From contig NZ_SBIV01000004.1 of the NCBI RefSeq assembly GCF_004765795.1, positions 248,001 through 312,000 of the forward strand: DNA of 64,000 nt, given 5' to 3'. Shown piece after piece: positions 1 to 9,552 of the stretch. Position 1 is the first letter of the stretch, and each line of letters starts with the position of its first letter. The notes under the pieces are model-generated. The model was not told the DNA's origin. It made no database searches and worked only from the letters and a program-made list of their open reading frames with translations. The translations under genes and the position numbers were made by a program. The DNA comes from Halorussus marinus (GTDB taxonomy: Archaea > Halobacteriota > Halobacteria > Halobacteriales > Haladaptataceae).

Positions 1-453
1 GTCTGGGTCGCCGACACCGCGAACGTCCACGAGGACGCGACCCTTCAGGGGCCGGTCGTCGTCGGGCCCGACTCGGAGGTCCGACCGGGCGCGGTCGTCG
101 GTCCGTTCGCGGCGGTCGGTCGGAACGCGACCGTCGGCGCGAACGCGGTCGTCTCGCGGTCGGTGCTCGACACCGACACGCGCGTCGGGCCGAACGCCAC
201 CCTGCTGGACTGCGTGACCGGACAGGCCGTCTCGCTGGGCGCCGGCACGACGGTGCCGGGCGGGCCGGGCGACGTGCGCGTCGAGGACTCCGTCTACGAA
301 GGCCAGCGCCTCGGCACGCTGGTGGCCGACCGCGTCCGGGCGGCCGGCGACGTGAGCTTCGCGCCCGGCACGCTGGTCGGGCCGAACGCCACCCTCCACA
401 CCGGCGTCTCGATTTCCGAAAACGTCACGGAGGGCGCGGAGGTGTTCCGGTAG
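1..453 (+). CDS. C-terminal part of a GlmU-like sugar-phosphate nucleotidyltransferase/acetyltransferase (left-handed beta-helix); 5' end lies outside the window
   Basis: Frame 1 is open from base 1 (VWVADTANVHEDATLQGPVVVGPDSEVRPGAVVGP...) with hexapeptide-type repeats; TAG lies 1 nt before the glmS ATG. Confidence 0.8.
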   Translation, partial: VWVADTANVHEDATLQGPVVVGPDSEVRPGAVVGPFAAVGRNATVGANAVVSRSVLDTDTRVGPNATLLDCVTGQAVSLGAGTTVPGGPGDVRVEDSVYEGQRLGTLVADRVRAAGDVSFAPGTLVGPNATLHTGVSISENVTEGAEVFR

Positions 454-454
454 C

Positions 455-2245
455 ATGTGCGGCATCATCGGGTGTACGGGCCGGGAGACCGAGACCCTCG
501 ACGTCCTCCTCCACGGGCTCGACACCCTCGAGTACCGCGGCTACGACTCGGCGGGCGTCGCGCTCGCCAACGGGACGGTCGAGGTCTGCAAGCGCGAGGG
601 CGAGATCGACCGCCTCCGGGCGGCGGTCGACCCCGCGATGGACGGCCCGGTCGGTATCGGCCACACGCGGTGGTCGACCCACGGGCCGCCGACCGACGAA
701 AACGCCCACCCACACACAGACTGCACCGGCGACGTGGCCGTGGTTCACAACGGGATCATCGAGAACTACGACGAGCTCAAGGCCGAGCTGACGGCGGCGG
801 GCCACGAGCTCGAGAGCGACACCGACACCGAGGTCGTCCCCCACTTCATCGAGGACGCGCTCGCCGACGGGATGAGCCGCGACGAGGCGTTCCGGTCGGC
901 GGTCGCCCGCATCGAGGGGAGCTACGCGCTCGCGGCCGTGTTCGCCGGCTCCGAGGCGATTTTGGCGACCCGCGAGGGATCGCCGCTGGTGGTCGGAGTC
1001 GGCGACGACGCGGCGTACCTCGCGAGCGACGTCCCCGCCTTCCTCGAGTACACCGACCGCGTGGTGTACCTCGACGACGGCGAGTTCGCGCGGCTCGAAT
1101 CCGGCTCGTGGACCGTGACCGACGCCGAGGGCCGACTGCTCGAGAAGTCGATCTCGCAGGTCGAGTGGGACGCCGAGGAGACCGCAAAGAGCGGCTACGA
1201 CCACTACATGCTCAAGGAGATCCACGAACAGCCCCGGGCGCTCCGGAAGTGTCTGCGGGGCCGGGTCGACGAGCTGACCGGGACGGTCGACGTCGAGGCG
1301 CTCGAGGGGCTGACCGCCGAGTCGGTCCAGTTCGTCGCCTGCGGGACGAGCTACCACGCCGCCCTCTACGGCGCCCAGCGCCTCCAGGCGGCCGGCGTGC
1401 CCGCACAGGCGTTTCTCGCAAGCGAGTACGCGACCGCGCCCGCGCCGGTCACCGAGGGGACGCTCGTGGTCGGCGTGACCCAGAGCGGCGAGACCGCCGA
1501 CACGCTGGCGGCGCTCCGGCGTGCGCAGGCCCGAGGCGTCGAGACGCTCGCGATGACGAACGTCGTCGGCTCGACCGCCGCCCGCGACTGCGACCGGACG
1601 CTGTTGATCCGGGCCGGCCCCGAGATCGGGGTGGCGGCGACCAAGACCTTCTCCTCGCAGGTGGTCGCGTGCAACCTGCTGTCGGCGACGCTTGCCGACC
1701 GCGGCGACTCCCGAGAGATCGTACAGGCGCTCCGGGACCTGCCCGGACAGATCCAGGAGGTGCTCGACGCCTCGCGCGCGGAGGCGGTCGCCGAGCGGTT
1801 CGTCGACAGCGACGGCTACTTCTTCATCGGACGGGGCCACCAGCACCCCGTCGCGCTCGAGGGCGCGCTCAAGATGAAAGAGATCACCTACAAACACGCC
1901 GAGGGGTTCCCGGCGGGCGAGCTGAAACACGGGCCGCTCGCGCTCGTGACCGGCCGGACGCCCGTGTTCGCGATCGTCACCGGCACCGACGAGGAGGCGA
2001 CCAAGACCGTCGGGAACGTCAAGGAGGTCGAGGCCCGCGACGCCCCCGTGGTCGCGGTGACCGACGGCGCCTCGACGGTCGACCGCTACGCAGACGCGGT
2101 GTTAGAGCTCCCAGAGACGGAACCGTGCGTCGCGCCCGTGCTGGCGAACGTCCAGTTACAGCTGGTGGCCTACCACGTCGCGAACAAGCTCGGCCGATCG
2201 ATCGACAAGCCCCGGAATCTGGCCAAGAGCGTGACGGTCGAGTGA
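455..2245 (+). CDS. glmS: Glutamine--fructose-6-phosphate transaminase (isomerizing)
   Basis: MCGIIG N-terminus with catalytic Cys, EYRGYDSAG, GHTRWSTHG, HNGIIEN, C-terminal DKPRNLAKSVTVE. Confidence 0.98.
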   Translation: MCGIIGCTGRETETLDVLLHGLDTLEYRGYDSAGVALANGTVEVCKREGEIDRLRAAVDPAMDGPVGIGHTRWSTHGPPTDENAHPHTDCTGDVAVVHNGIIENYDELKAELTAAGHELESDTDTEVVPHFIEDALADGMSRDEAFRSAVARIEGSYALAAVFAGSEAILATREGSPLVVGVGDDAAYLASDVPAFLEYTDRVVYLDDGEFARLESGSWTVTDAEGRLLEKSISQVEWDAEETAKSGYDHYMLKEIHEQPRALRKCLRGRVDELTGTVDVEALEGLTAESVQFVACGTSYHAALYGAQRLQAAGVPAQAFLASEYATAPAPVTEGTLVVGVTQSGETADTLAALRRAQARGVETLAMTNVVGSTAARDCDRTLLIRAGPEIGVAATKTFSSQVVACNLLSATLADRGDSREIVQALRDLPGQIQEVLDASRAEAVAERFVDSDGYFFIGRGHQHPVALEGALKMKEITYKHAEGFPAGELKHGPLALVTGRTPVFAIVTGTDEEATKTVGNVKEVEARDAPVVAVTDGASTVDRYADAVLELPETEPCVAPVLANVQLQLVAYHVANKLGRSIDKPRNLAKSVTVE

Positions 2246-2324
2246 GGCGACCGACCGCCCGTCGCGGTGTCGGTCCGGGCCCTCGACCCGCACGATTTAT
2301 TCTCGCGCGGCGGGAGGTCAGCCC

Positions 2325-2900
2325 ATGGCTCGCGTCCCGTACGTCGATCCGGAAGACCTGCCCCCGGACAGACAGTCGCTACTGGACACGCTCTCGGACG
2401 AGGCCGAATCGAGCGACGCCCACTCGCTGGGCGGCGAGACGCTGAACGTCTATCGGGCGATGGGGAACAACGCCGACCTCCTGGCGGCGTTTCAGACCTA
2501 CGGGTCGGCGGTGTGGGACGAGAGCGGACTGTCGGCCCGCGAGCGGGAGTTCGTGATCCTGTCGGTCGCGTTCCACGCCGACTCGGCATACGAGTGGCAC
2601 CAGCACGTCCGGGTCGCGCTCGACGAAGGGCTGACCGTCGAGGAGATCCGGGCGGTCTCGGGCGGGGACCGCGAACGGTTGGACGAAGACGCCCGCACGC
2701 TCGTCGCGTACGTCGGCGCGTTCGTCGACGGGACCGTCGACGACGACGACCACGACCGGCTCGCCGCCCGCTACGACGACGAGACGGTCGTCGGCATCGA
2801 CCTGCTCGCGGGCACCTATCTTGGCCTCGGGCGGGCGCTCGACGCGCTCGCGGTCGAGACCGAGGTCGAGTTCGTCGGGTGGGACCTACAGAACCGCTGA
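2325..2900 (+). CDS. Carboxymuconolactone decarboxylase/AhpD-like family protein
   Basis: LSAREREFVILSVA...YEWHQHV motif; acidic 191 aa. Confidence 0.8.
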   Translation: MARVPYVDPEDLPPDRQSLLDTLSDEAESSDAHSLGGETLNVYRAMGNNADLLAAFQTYGSAVWDESGLSAREREFVILSVAFHADSAYEWHQHVRVALDEGLTVEEIRAVSGGDRERLDEDARTLVAYVGAFVDGTVDDDDHDRLAARYDDETVVGIDLLAGTYLGLGRALDALAVETEVEFVGWDLQNR

Positions 2901-2936
2901 GCGCGGCTCGGACCGCGGGTCGGGCGACGGCGGTCC

Positions 2937-4247
2937 TCAGGCCGTCTCGCACCAGTCGACGGCGGTGAGCGCGACGGTCTGGGCGACTTCGACGAGCGAG
3001 TCGACGTCGACGTACTCGTCGGCGCCGTGGACGCGGCCGCCGGTCGGCCCGACGCTCGGACACGGGATGTCGTAGTAGTTGACGTAGAACCGCTCGTCGA
3101 GCCCGGCGAGCCCGCCGGTCCACTCGCCGTCGGCGCCACAGACCGCCTCGGCGTTGCGTTTGGTCAACTGGGCGAACTCGTGGTCCGTGTCGAGGTAGTG
3201 GGGGTTCGCGTTCCACCCGAACCACTCCAACTCCGGGGGGTTGTCGGCGAGCCACTCGTCGGCCTCGACGACCGACCCGACGGCCTCGCGGACCTGTTCG
3301 CGGACCTCCTCGCGGGTCTCGCCGGGCGGCCACCCGATGCGACACTCGACGGTCGCCTCGTCGGGAACCGTCGAGGGCCAGTCGCCGGACTCGAAGATGC
3401 CGACGTTGAGGTTGGTCACCTCGCCCTCGGCGTCCGGATACTGGTTTACCGCCGGCTCGAACGAGATCCGGGACTTGCGCTCTCGGTCGAGGTCCGCGAG
3501 CGCCTGAACGATGTCGACCGCTTTGTTGATGGCGTTGACGCCGGCGAACCCGTGTGCGGCGTGGGCCGCCGTTCCGGGCACCGTGATCTGGAAGTACATC
3601 GCGCCGGCGCTCGCGACGCCGACGTTCGGGACGCCGTACGGCTCGGTGATGATGGCGGCGTCGGGGCGATACCCGCGTTCGAGCGCCGAGAGCGCGCCGC
3701 CGGTCCCGCCCGCCTCCTCGTCGATGGTCGACTCGATCACCACGTCGCCGGCCAGTTCGACGCCGAGGTCCCGCAACGCTTCGATGGCAAAGACGTTGGC
3801 CGCGAGGCCGCCCTTCATGTCGCAGGCCCCGCGACCGTACACCCTGCCGTCCTCGCGGGTCGCGGTCCACGGGTCGTGGGTCCACTTGTCTTCGGTGACC
3901 GAGACCACGTCGATGTGACCCGCGAGCGCGATCGACCGGCCGGTTCCGGTCCCCTCGACGGTGGCCGCGACGTTCGGCCGGTCGTCGTAGCCGTGTTCCT
4001 CGTAGGTGTTGGTGTCGAAGTATCCGGGGTGGTCCCGGAGGGCCTCGACGTCGGGCTCCCAGACGTCGACGTCGAGTCCCATCGACTCCAGCTTCTCGAC
4101 GACGACCGACTGGGCCGCTTTCTCGTGGCCGGAGACCGACGGTTCCTCGATCAGGTCCGCGAGCAACGACAGCATCCGATCGCGGTTCTCGTCGACGTAC
4201 GAGCGAATCTCGCGGCGGAGCTCGGAGTTCATGCGTGAGTATGTCAC
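2937..4247 (-). CDS. M20 family ArgE/DapE-like deacylase
   Basis: GHIDVV, YGRGACDMKGG, DEEAGG, HGADE metal-binding motifs. Confidence 0.9.
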   Translation of the reverse strand: MTYSRMNSELRREIRSYVDENRDRMLSLLADLIEEPSVSGHEKAAQSVVVEKLESMGLDVDVWEPDVEALRDHPGYFDTNTYEEHGYDDRPNVAATVEGTGTGRSIALAGHIDVVSVTEDKWTHDPWTATREDGRVYGRGACDMKGGLAANVFAIEALRDLGVELAGDVVIESTIDEEAGGTGGALSALERGYRPDAAIITEPYGVPNVGVASAGAMYFQITVPGTAAHAAHGFAGVNAINKAVDIVQALADLDRERKSRISFEPAVNQYPDAEGEVTNLNVGIFESGDWPSTVPDEATVECRIGWPPGETREEVREQVREAVGSVVEADEWLADNPPELEWFGWNANPHYLDTDHEFAQLTKRNAEAVCGADGEWTGGLAGLDERFYVNYYDIPCPSVGPTGGRVHGADEYVDVDSLVEVAQTVALTAVDWCETA

Positions 4248-4345
4248 GCAAATGACTGCAAAAAGTCTACGGGTCTCGGAGGGAGAGTCCCGACGGAAAA
4301 CCGCACGGTCGGCCCCGCGGCGACTCGGACGGCGAGCGGTCGCCG

Positions 4346-6019
4346 TCAGTCCCGGATCAGCGCGTCGACCACCGACGGGCCGGCGGCGTCGACGGCCTCC
4401 CGGATCGTCGCTTCGATCTCGTCGGGCGACTCCGCGCGGTGGGCGGTCGCCCCGTGGCTCTCGGCGTTGGCCGCGAAGTCGACCCCGGGGTCGAAGTCCA
4501 TGCCGGTGAACTCGTAGTCGGACTCCTCGCCGCCGAGCATCCGGAGCGTGTTGTCTTTCAGGATGCGGTAGTTGCCGTTGTTCGCGACCACGACCGTCAG
4601 ATCGACGTCGTAGCGAGCCGCGCTGTACAGCGTCTGGGGGTAGTAGAGGTACGAGCCGTCGCCCACGAACCCGATCACGTCTCGGTCGCCGCCGGCTTCG
4701 GTCTCGGCCATGGCCGCCCCGACGGCCGCCGGCAGGCCGTACCCGAGCCCGCCGCTCTTGTTCGAGAGGTAGCCCTCGGCCTCGAAGTCCATCTCCCGGC
4801 GCAGGGCGATCCCGCTCGTGACGGCCTCGTTGACGACGAGCGCGTCGTCCGTGGCGTTTCGAATCGCCTCTGCCAGTTGGGTCTTGGTCGCCGGGCCGTC
4901 CGCCGGGGGCGATTCGTCGCTTCCGCCGACCGAGTCGGAGACCTCCCGCACGCGGGCCAGCCGCCGCTCTCGCTCGGCGTCGTCGACCCTGCCGGCGACG
5001 TCGTCAGCGATGGCGCCGAGGATGCGTCCCGGATCGCCGACGACCGCGACGTCCGCCGGCTCGTTCTTGCCGACCTCCCACGCGTCGTCGCTGACGTGGA
5101 CGAGCGTGGCGTCGCTGGGAAGCCGCTCGCCGGCGTACTTGAAGGAGGTCGTGTCGGTCGACCGCCCGACCAGCAAGAGCACGTCGGCGCCGTCGGTCAA
5201 CTCCGCGACCGCGTCGCCGTCGCCGGGGAAGCTCGACACCCACTGCTCGTGGCCGGTCGGCATGTTCACCTCGCTCGTGATGTACTCGCCGTGGACGCGG
5301 GCGCCGCTGACCTCGGCGAGTCGCGTCGCGCTCTCGACCGCGTCGCTCCCCGACCGGGCGATGGCGTCCCCGAGGACGAACACCGGCTCGTCGGCGTCGA
5401 CGATGGCGTCGGCGGCCGCGGCCACCTGCTCGGGGTCGCCGGCGCCGGCGTCGGGGATCGCTCCGAGTCGCTCGGGCGCGTCGTCGGTCTCGTCTCGCAT
5501 CACGTTGGCCGGGAGCCCGAGGAAGACCGGCCCGGTCGGCGGGGTCAGCGCGACCCGGACCGCGCGCCGAAGCATCGTCGGCAACGCCTCGACGTCGGTC
5601 ACCTCCGCGCTCCACTTGGTGAAGGGCTCGGCCATCTCCGCGACGTCGCCGTGGAGGATGGGCTCCTCGTGCTGGAAGTCGGTGCTGTAGTTGCCCGCGG
5701 TCACGAGCAGGGGCGCTCCCGCGAACTCCGCCCCGTAGAGGTTCCCGAGCCCGTGGGCCAGCCCCGGTGCGACGTGGAGGTTCACGACGCCCAGCGGGAG
5801 GACGTCCGGGTCGACGTCGGCGTGCTGGCGGCGCGTGGACGCATAGCCCGCGGCCATCCCGACCGCGACGTCCTCGTGGAGGCCGAGCACGTAGTCGATC
5901 CCGGTGTCGGGCAGGGCGTGGACCACCGGCAGTTCCGTCGTCCCGGGGTTCCCGAAGAGTTTGCTCACGCCGTACTGGTCTAACGCGTCGAGGAACAGGT
6001 CGGCTCCAGTCCGTGGCAT
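4346..6019 (-). CDS. Thiamine-pyrophosphate enzyme, benzoylformate decarboxylase-like
   Basis: FGNPGTTELP, LGLHEDVAVGMA, TPP motif GDGSYLY...NNGNY. Confidence 0.88.
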   Translation of the reverse strand: MPRTGADLFLDALDQYGVSKLFGNPGTTELPVVHALPDTGIDYVLGLHEDVAVGMAAGYASTRRQHADVDPDVLPLGVVNLHVAPGLAHGLGNLYGAEFAGAPLLVTAGNYSTDFQHEEPILHGDVAEMAEPFTKWSAEVTDVEALPTMLRRAVRVALTPPTGPVFLGLPANVMRDETDDAPERLGAIPDAGAGDPEQVAAAADAIVDADEPVFVLGDAIARSGSDAVESATRLAEVSGARVHGEYITSEVNMPTGHEQWVSSFPGDGDAVAELTDGADVLLLVGRSTDTTSFKYAGERLPSDATLVHVSDDAWEVGKNEPADVAVVGDPGRILGAIADDVAGRVDDAERERRLARVREVSDSVGGSDESPPADGPATKTQLAEAIRNATDDALVVNEAVTSGIALRREMDFEAEGYLSNKSGGLGYGLPAAVGAAMAETEAGGDRDVIGFVGDGSYLYYPQTLYSAARYDVDLTVVVANNGNYRILKDNTLRMLGGEESDYEFTGMDFDPGVDFAANAESHGATAHRAESPDEIEATIREAVDAAGPSVVDALIRD

Positions 6020-6082
6020 TCGGTACGATATCTCAGCAAAGCGCCTTAACTGTTCGTGCCGCTCGCCGGGACACGACGGGGG

Positions 6083-6712
6083 CTACTCGCGGTCGGGCCG
6101 GTCGGGCGGCTCCGGCGGTTCGAGCGCGGCCCGGAGGAGCCGAACCGAGCGCGCTCTCGCGAGGGCGTCCCACGGCGCCGTGATCCGGGTTCCCGCGAGC
6201 GCGAGTCCGAGCGCGACGACGCGGACGAGGATCGCCTCGGTCGAGAGCGAACCGGCGAGTCCGACGAGGGCGGTGTTCGCGAACACGCCGAGCGCCGCGA
6301 CGAAGCTCACAGCGCGAATCGGGGCGTCCCGGAGCGCAGTCGTCGTTTCGGCGCCGAGCTCCCGGAGACCCGAGGCCAGCCAGACGCGCTCGACGACCGG
6401 CCCGACGCGGTCGAGGAGCGCGACGAGCGGACCGACCGCGTAGGTGTCTCGGAGGTCGATGACGATGACGTCGGGGTCGGGGTCGGTCGTGAGCCATCGA
6501 TACAGCGCGGCGTTCCGGACGTATCGTCCGAGGCGTCGGCCCGCGCGCGCCAGCGTCGACTGGCTACTCGCGACACCGAGATCGCGCGCCGACCCCGCCC
6601 AGACGCCGGCGAGCCACGAGGCCGCGAGCCAGACTCGGACCGACTCCACGGCAGACCGGGCGACCCCGACCGCCGTCGACCCGTCCGTCGCACGGTCGGA
6701 TTCGGCGACCAT
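6083..6712 (-). CDS. Conserved haloarchaeal membrane protein, translationally coupled to the DUF4330 gene
   Basis: SxLYRWLTxEPDPDVIVIDLRETY-type motif (here ALYRWLTTDPDPDVIVIDLRDTY), C-terminal hydrophobic helices, LEPPEPP end; start overlaps the upstream stop. Confidence 0.7.
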   Translation of the reverse strand: MVAESDRATDGSTAVGVARSAVESVRVWLAASWLAGVWAGSARDLGVASSQSTLARAGRRLGRYVRNAALYRWLTTDPDPDVIVIDLRDTYAVGPLVALLDRVGPVVERVWLASGLRELGAETTTALRDAPIRAVSFVAALGVFANTALVGLAGSLSTEAILVRVVALGLALAGTRITAPWDALARARSVRLLRAALEPPEPPDRPDRE

Positions 6713-7194
6713 CAGTTCCCGGGTGAAAACGCCGTGACGTGTCCGTCGAGGGTCACCGGGCCGAAGTCGAGTTTCAGCTGTCGGCCGACTTCCAGGGGTT
6801 CGCCCTCGAAGCGGACGCCGTCGTCGGTCTCGGTGGTGTTGAGAGTCAGTTCGAGTGTCACGGTCTGCTTTCGCGGGTGGGTCCGCTCGTGGAGGTTCCC
6901 GTTCTGGTCCTTGACTACGACTTCGGTCGGCCGGACCGACTTGTTCTCGACGGCCGCGACCGATTCGGAGTCGATCGGCCCCTCGGGGACGGCGTCGGCG
7001 ACGTACGGCTGGACGCCGCTGATTTCGAAGGCGACGGTGGTGGTCGTCTGGCGATCAGTGTTCGTCTGTTGACCGTCGTCGCCGAGGACCAACGCCGCGC
7101 CGGCGGCGACGACCGCGAGAACGAGGAGGACGGCGAGCGCGTCGATGATGTTGACGGTGCCGAAGAGCCGGCCCTTGTCGTCGATGAGATCCAT
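6712..7194 (-). CDS. DUF4330-family membrane-anchored protein
   Basis: MDLIDDKGRLFGTVNIIDALAVLLVLAVVAAG N-terminal signature; start moved to the ATG at 7194 (ORF track extends to 7374). Confidence 0.8.
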   Translation of the reverse strand: MDLIDDKGRLFGTVNIIDALAVLLVLAVVAAGAALVLGDDGQQTNTDRQTTTTVAFEISGVQPYVADAVPEGPIDSESVAAVENKSVRPTEVVVKDQNGNLHERTHPRKQTVTLELTLNTTETDDGVRFEGEPLEVGRQLKLDFGPVTLDGHVTAFSPGN

Positions 7195-7412
7195 AGTTCG
7201 TGACTCCGTCTCTGTGTTCACAAGCGTGGTCAGGCCGGTCGTTAAACTGTTGTGTTTCTCGCGCGGATCGCCTCCAGTACGGGGGAGCGGTTGCCGCCAC
7301 CCTCGTCTCGACGTTCCACGTCGAACTGAGCCGCGAGATTCCGGCGCTATTTCGCCACACGCCACCGGAAACAAACAGGTAAGCTGACGTTTTGGGGTGA
7401 GTAGGGATCGGT

Positions 7413-8639
7413 ATGCTACAGATTGACGCGGACCGATTCCGGGAGAGCTTCGAGTCGTACTCCGAGATCGGCGCCACCGACGACGGCGGCCTGCATCGCC
7501 TCGCGCTGACCGACGCCGACGAGCGGGTCCGCGAGACCTTCGTCGCGGACCTCGAATCGCTGGGGCTCGACGTCCGGGTCGACGCGGTCGGCAACGTCTT
7601 CGGCCGGCGCGAGGGGACGAATCCGGACGCCGATCCCGTCCTCGTCGGCTCTCATCTGGACTCCCAGCCGTACGGCGGGCGCTACGACGGCCAACTGGGC
7701 GTGCTCGCGGCCCTGGAGACGCTCCGAACGCTCGACGACGAGGGGATCGAGACCGACCGCCCGATCGAGATCGTCGACTGGACGAACGAGGAGGGGTCTC
7801 GCTTCCAGCACGCGATGCTGGGAAGCGGGGTGTTCGCGGGCGTCACCGACCTCGACGAGGCGCTCGCGCTGACCGACGCCGACGGCGCCAGTCTGGGCGA
7901 GGAACTCGAACGCATCGGCTACGCCGGCGACGCCGACGTCTCGCCGTTCGACGTCCACAGCCACCTCGAACTCCACGTCGAACAGGGGCCGACTCTCGAC
8001 GCCAACGAGACGTCCGTGGGGGTCGTAGAGGGCGTCTTCGGCATGGCGTGGCAACGAGTCACCATCCGCGGGGAGTCCGACCACGCCGGGCCGTCGCCGA
8101 TGCACACCCGCACCGACGCGATGGCCGCCGCCGCGGACGCCGCCTCGGAGCTCAACGACCTGCCGAACCGACTCGGCCCGGACGCGGTGGCCACCATCGG
8201 GGAGTTCTCGGTCGAGCCCGACTCGGTGAACGTCATCCCGAGCCGCGCCGAGTTCACCGTCGACGTCCGATCGTACGACGACGCGCTGGTCGCCGATGCC
8301 AAGGCCGCGATCCGCGACGAGGTCGAGGCGGCGTGTCGGCGCCACGGTACGGACTACGAGATCGAAGACGTCTGGGAGATCCCCCACACCGAGTACGATC
8401 CGGAAGTGCGGAAGGTGGTCGCCGACGCCGCCGAAAGAGCCGACGTTTCGTACGAACGAATCGTCAGCGGGGCGGGCCACGACGCCAAGTACGTCAACAA
8501 TCTGGCGCCGACCGCGATGGTGTTCGTGCCCTCGGTCGACGGCATCACTCACAACGAGGCGGAGTTCACCGAGTGGGACGACTGTGTCGCCGGCGCGAAC
8601 GTCTTCGCGAATGCGACCGTAGAGCTGGCGACGGAGTGA
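7413..8639 (+). CDS. Zn-dependent M20 hydrolase, N-carbamoyl-amino acid/allantoate amidohydrolase family
   Basis: GSHLDSQPYGGRYDG, NEEGSRF, ELHVEQGP, SGAGHDA, GITHNEAE. Confidence 0.92.
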   Translation: MLQIDADRFRESFESYSEIGATDDGGLHRLALTDADERVRETFVADLESLGLDVRVDAVGNVFGRREGTNPDADPVLVGSHLDSQPYGGRYDGQLGVLAALETLRTLDDEGIETDRPIEIVDWTNEEGSRFQHAMLGSGVFAGVTDLDEALALTDADGASLGEELERIGYAGDADVSPFDVHSHLELHVEQGPTLDANETSVGVVEGVFGMAWQRVTIRGESDHAGPSPMHTRTDAMAAAADAASELNDLPNRLGPDAVATIGEFSVEPDSVNVIPSRAEFTVDVRSYDDALVADAKAAIRDEVEAACRRHGTDYEIEDVWEIPHTEYDPEVRKVVADAAERADVSYERIVSGAGHDAKYVNNLAPTAMVFVPSVDGITHNEAEFTEWDDCVAGANVFANATVELATE

Positions 8640-8642
8640 CGC

Positions 8643-9419
8643 TCACTCGATCACGTCGACGGGATCGCCGACGCGGAGCGTTCGTCCCCGGTCGGACTCG
8701 GGAACCCGGGCGATGAGCATCAGCGTGTAGTAGTGGTCGAACGCCTCCTCGTCGGCCCAGTCGGGGAACGTCTCCTCGCGTTTTTGGACGAATCGCTCGC
8801 GGAACTCGGAAAGCGGCTCGCCCGTGTCCGGGTCGCGCTCGGGGACGACACACCGACCGCAGGGCGTGACGCCCTCGAACCGAACGCCGCCGACCGCGAA
8901 CGCGGGCGCGTCCTCGCCGACGAATCGGTCCTCCCAGAACGCCGGGACGCCCGAAACCTCGACGTTGGCCCGGTGGCGTCGACGCGCGCTCTCGACGCTC
9001 ATTCCGTCGAACCACGAGGCGACGGTCTCCAGCGTGGCGGTGCTGACGACCGACGGACCCATCTCCCGGCGGTCGACGAACCCGAGCGTCCGATCCCGAC
9101 GGAGCGTCAGGTCGGCCTCGAAGGCGTCGCCGAACCAGTCTTCGGCGCGTTCGCGGTCGCGAGCGTCGTCGAGGTCGAACCGATTGGTCTCGTCGCCGGG
9201 GCTCGTGACCGTGAACTCGCCCGACTCGGGGTCGAAGTCCGTCCGTAGGTCGTGGACCCGGTCGGTTCGCTTGCCGTTGATCACGTCGCCGTCGGCGTCG
9301 AACAGCGCGAACTCCCGGTCGCGCGCGAGGGTACCGCTGTCGAGGATCGCTGTCGCGTCGACGTCGATTCCGTCGAGGCCCTTCACGGGGTAGACCGTGA
9401 GCCGTTCGAGCTCTGGCAT
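8643..9419 (-). CDS. MOSC domain protein
   Basis: YPVKGLDG, DREFAL, RRHRANVEV, PCGRCVVPERDPDTGE. Confidence 0.9.
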   Translation of the reverse strand: MPELERLTVYPVKGLDGIDVDATAILDSGTLARDREFALFDADGDVINGKRTDRVHDLRTDFDPESGEFTVTSPGDETNRFDLDDARDRERAEDWFGDAFEADLTLRRDRTLGFVDRREMGPSVVSTATLETVASWFDGMSVESARRRHRANVEVSGVPAFWEDRFVGEDAPAFAVGGVRFEGVTPCGRCVVPERDPDTGEPLSEFRERFVQKREETFPDWADEEAFDHYYTLMLIARVPESDRGRTLRVGDPVDVIE

Positions 9420-9552
9420 GGGTGCTGTTCTCCTAACGGCGCGCCACGTATTTCAGTCTACGTGTGGAGCCCGCCCGTCCCGGTGCGTGGGCCCGGGTCC
9501 GGCTCGACGCGCTGGCGGCGCACGTCGAGCGGTCGGGCTGGCTGTCGTCGGC

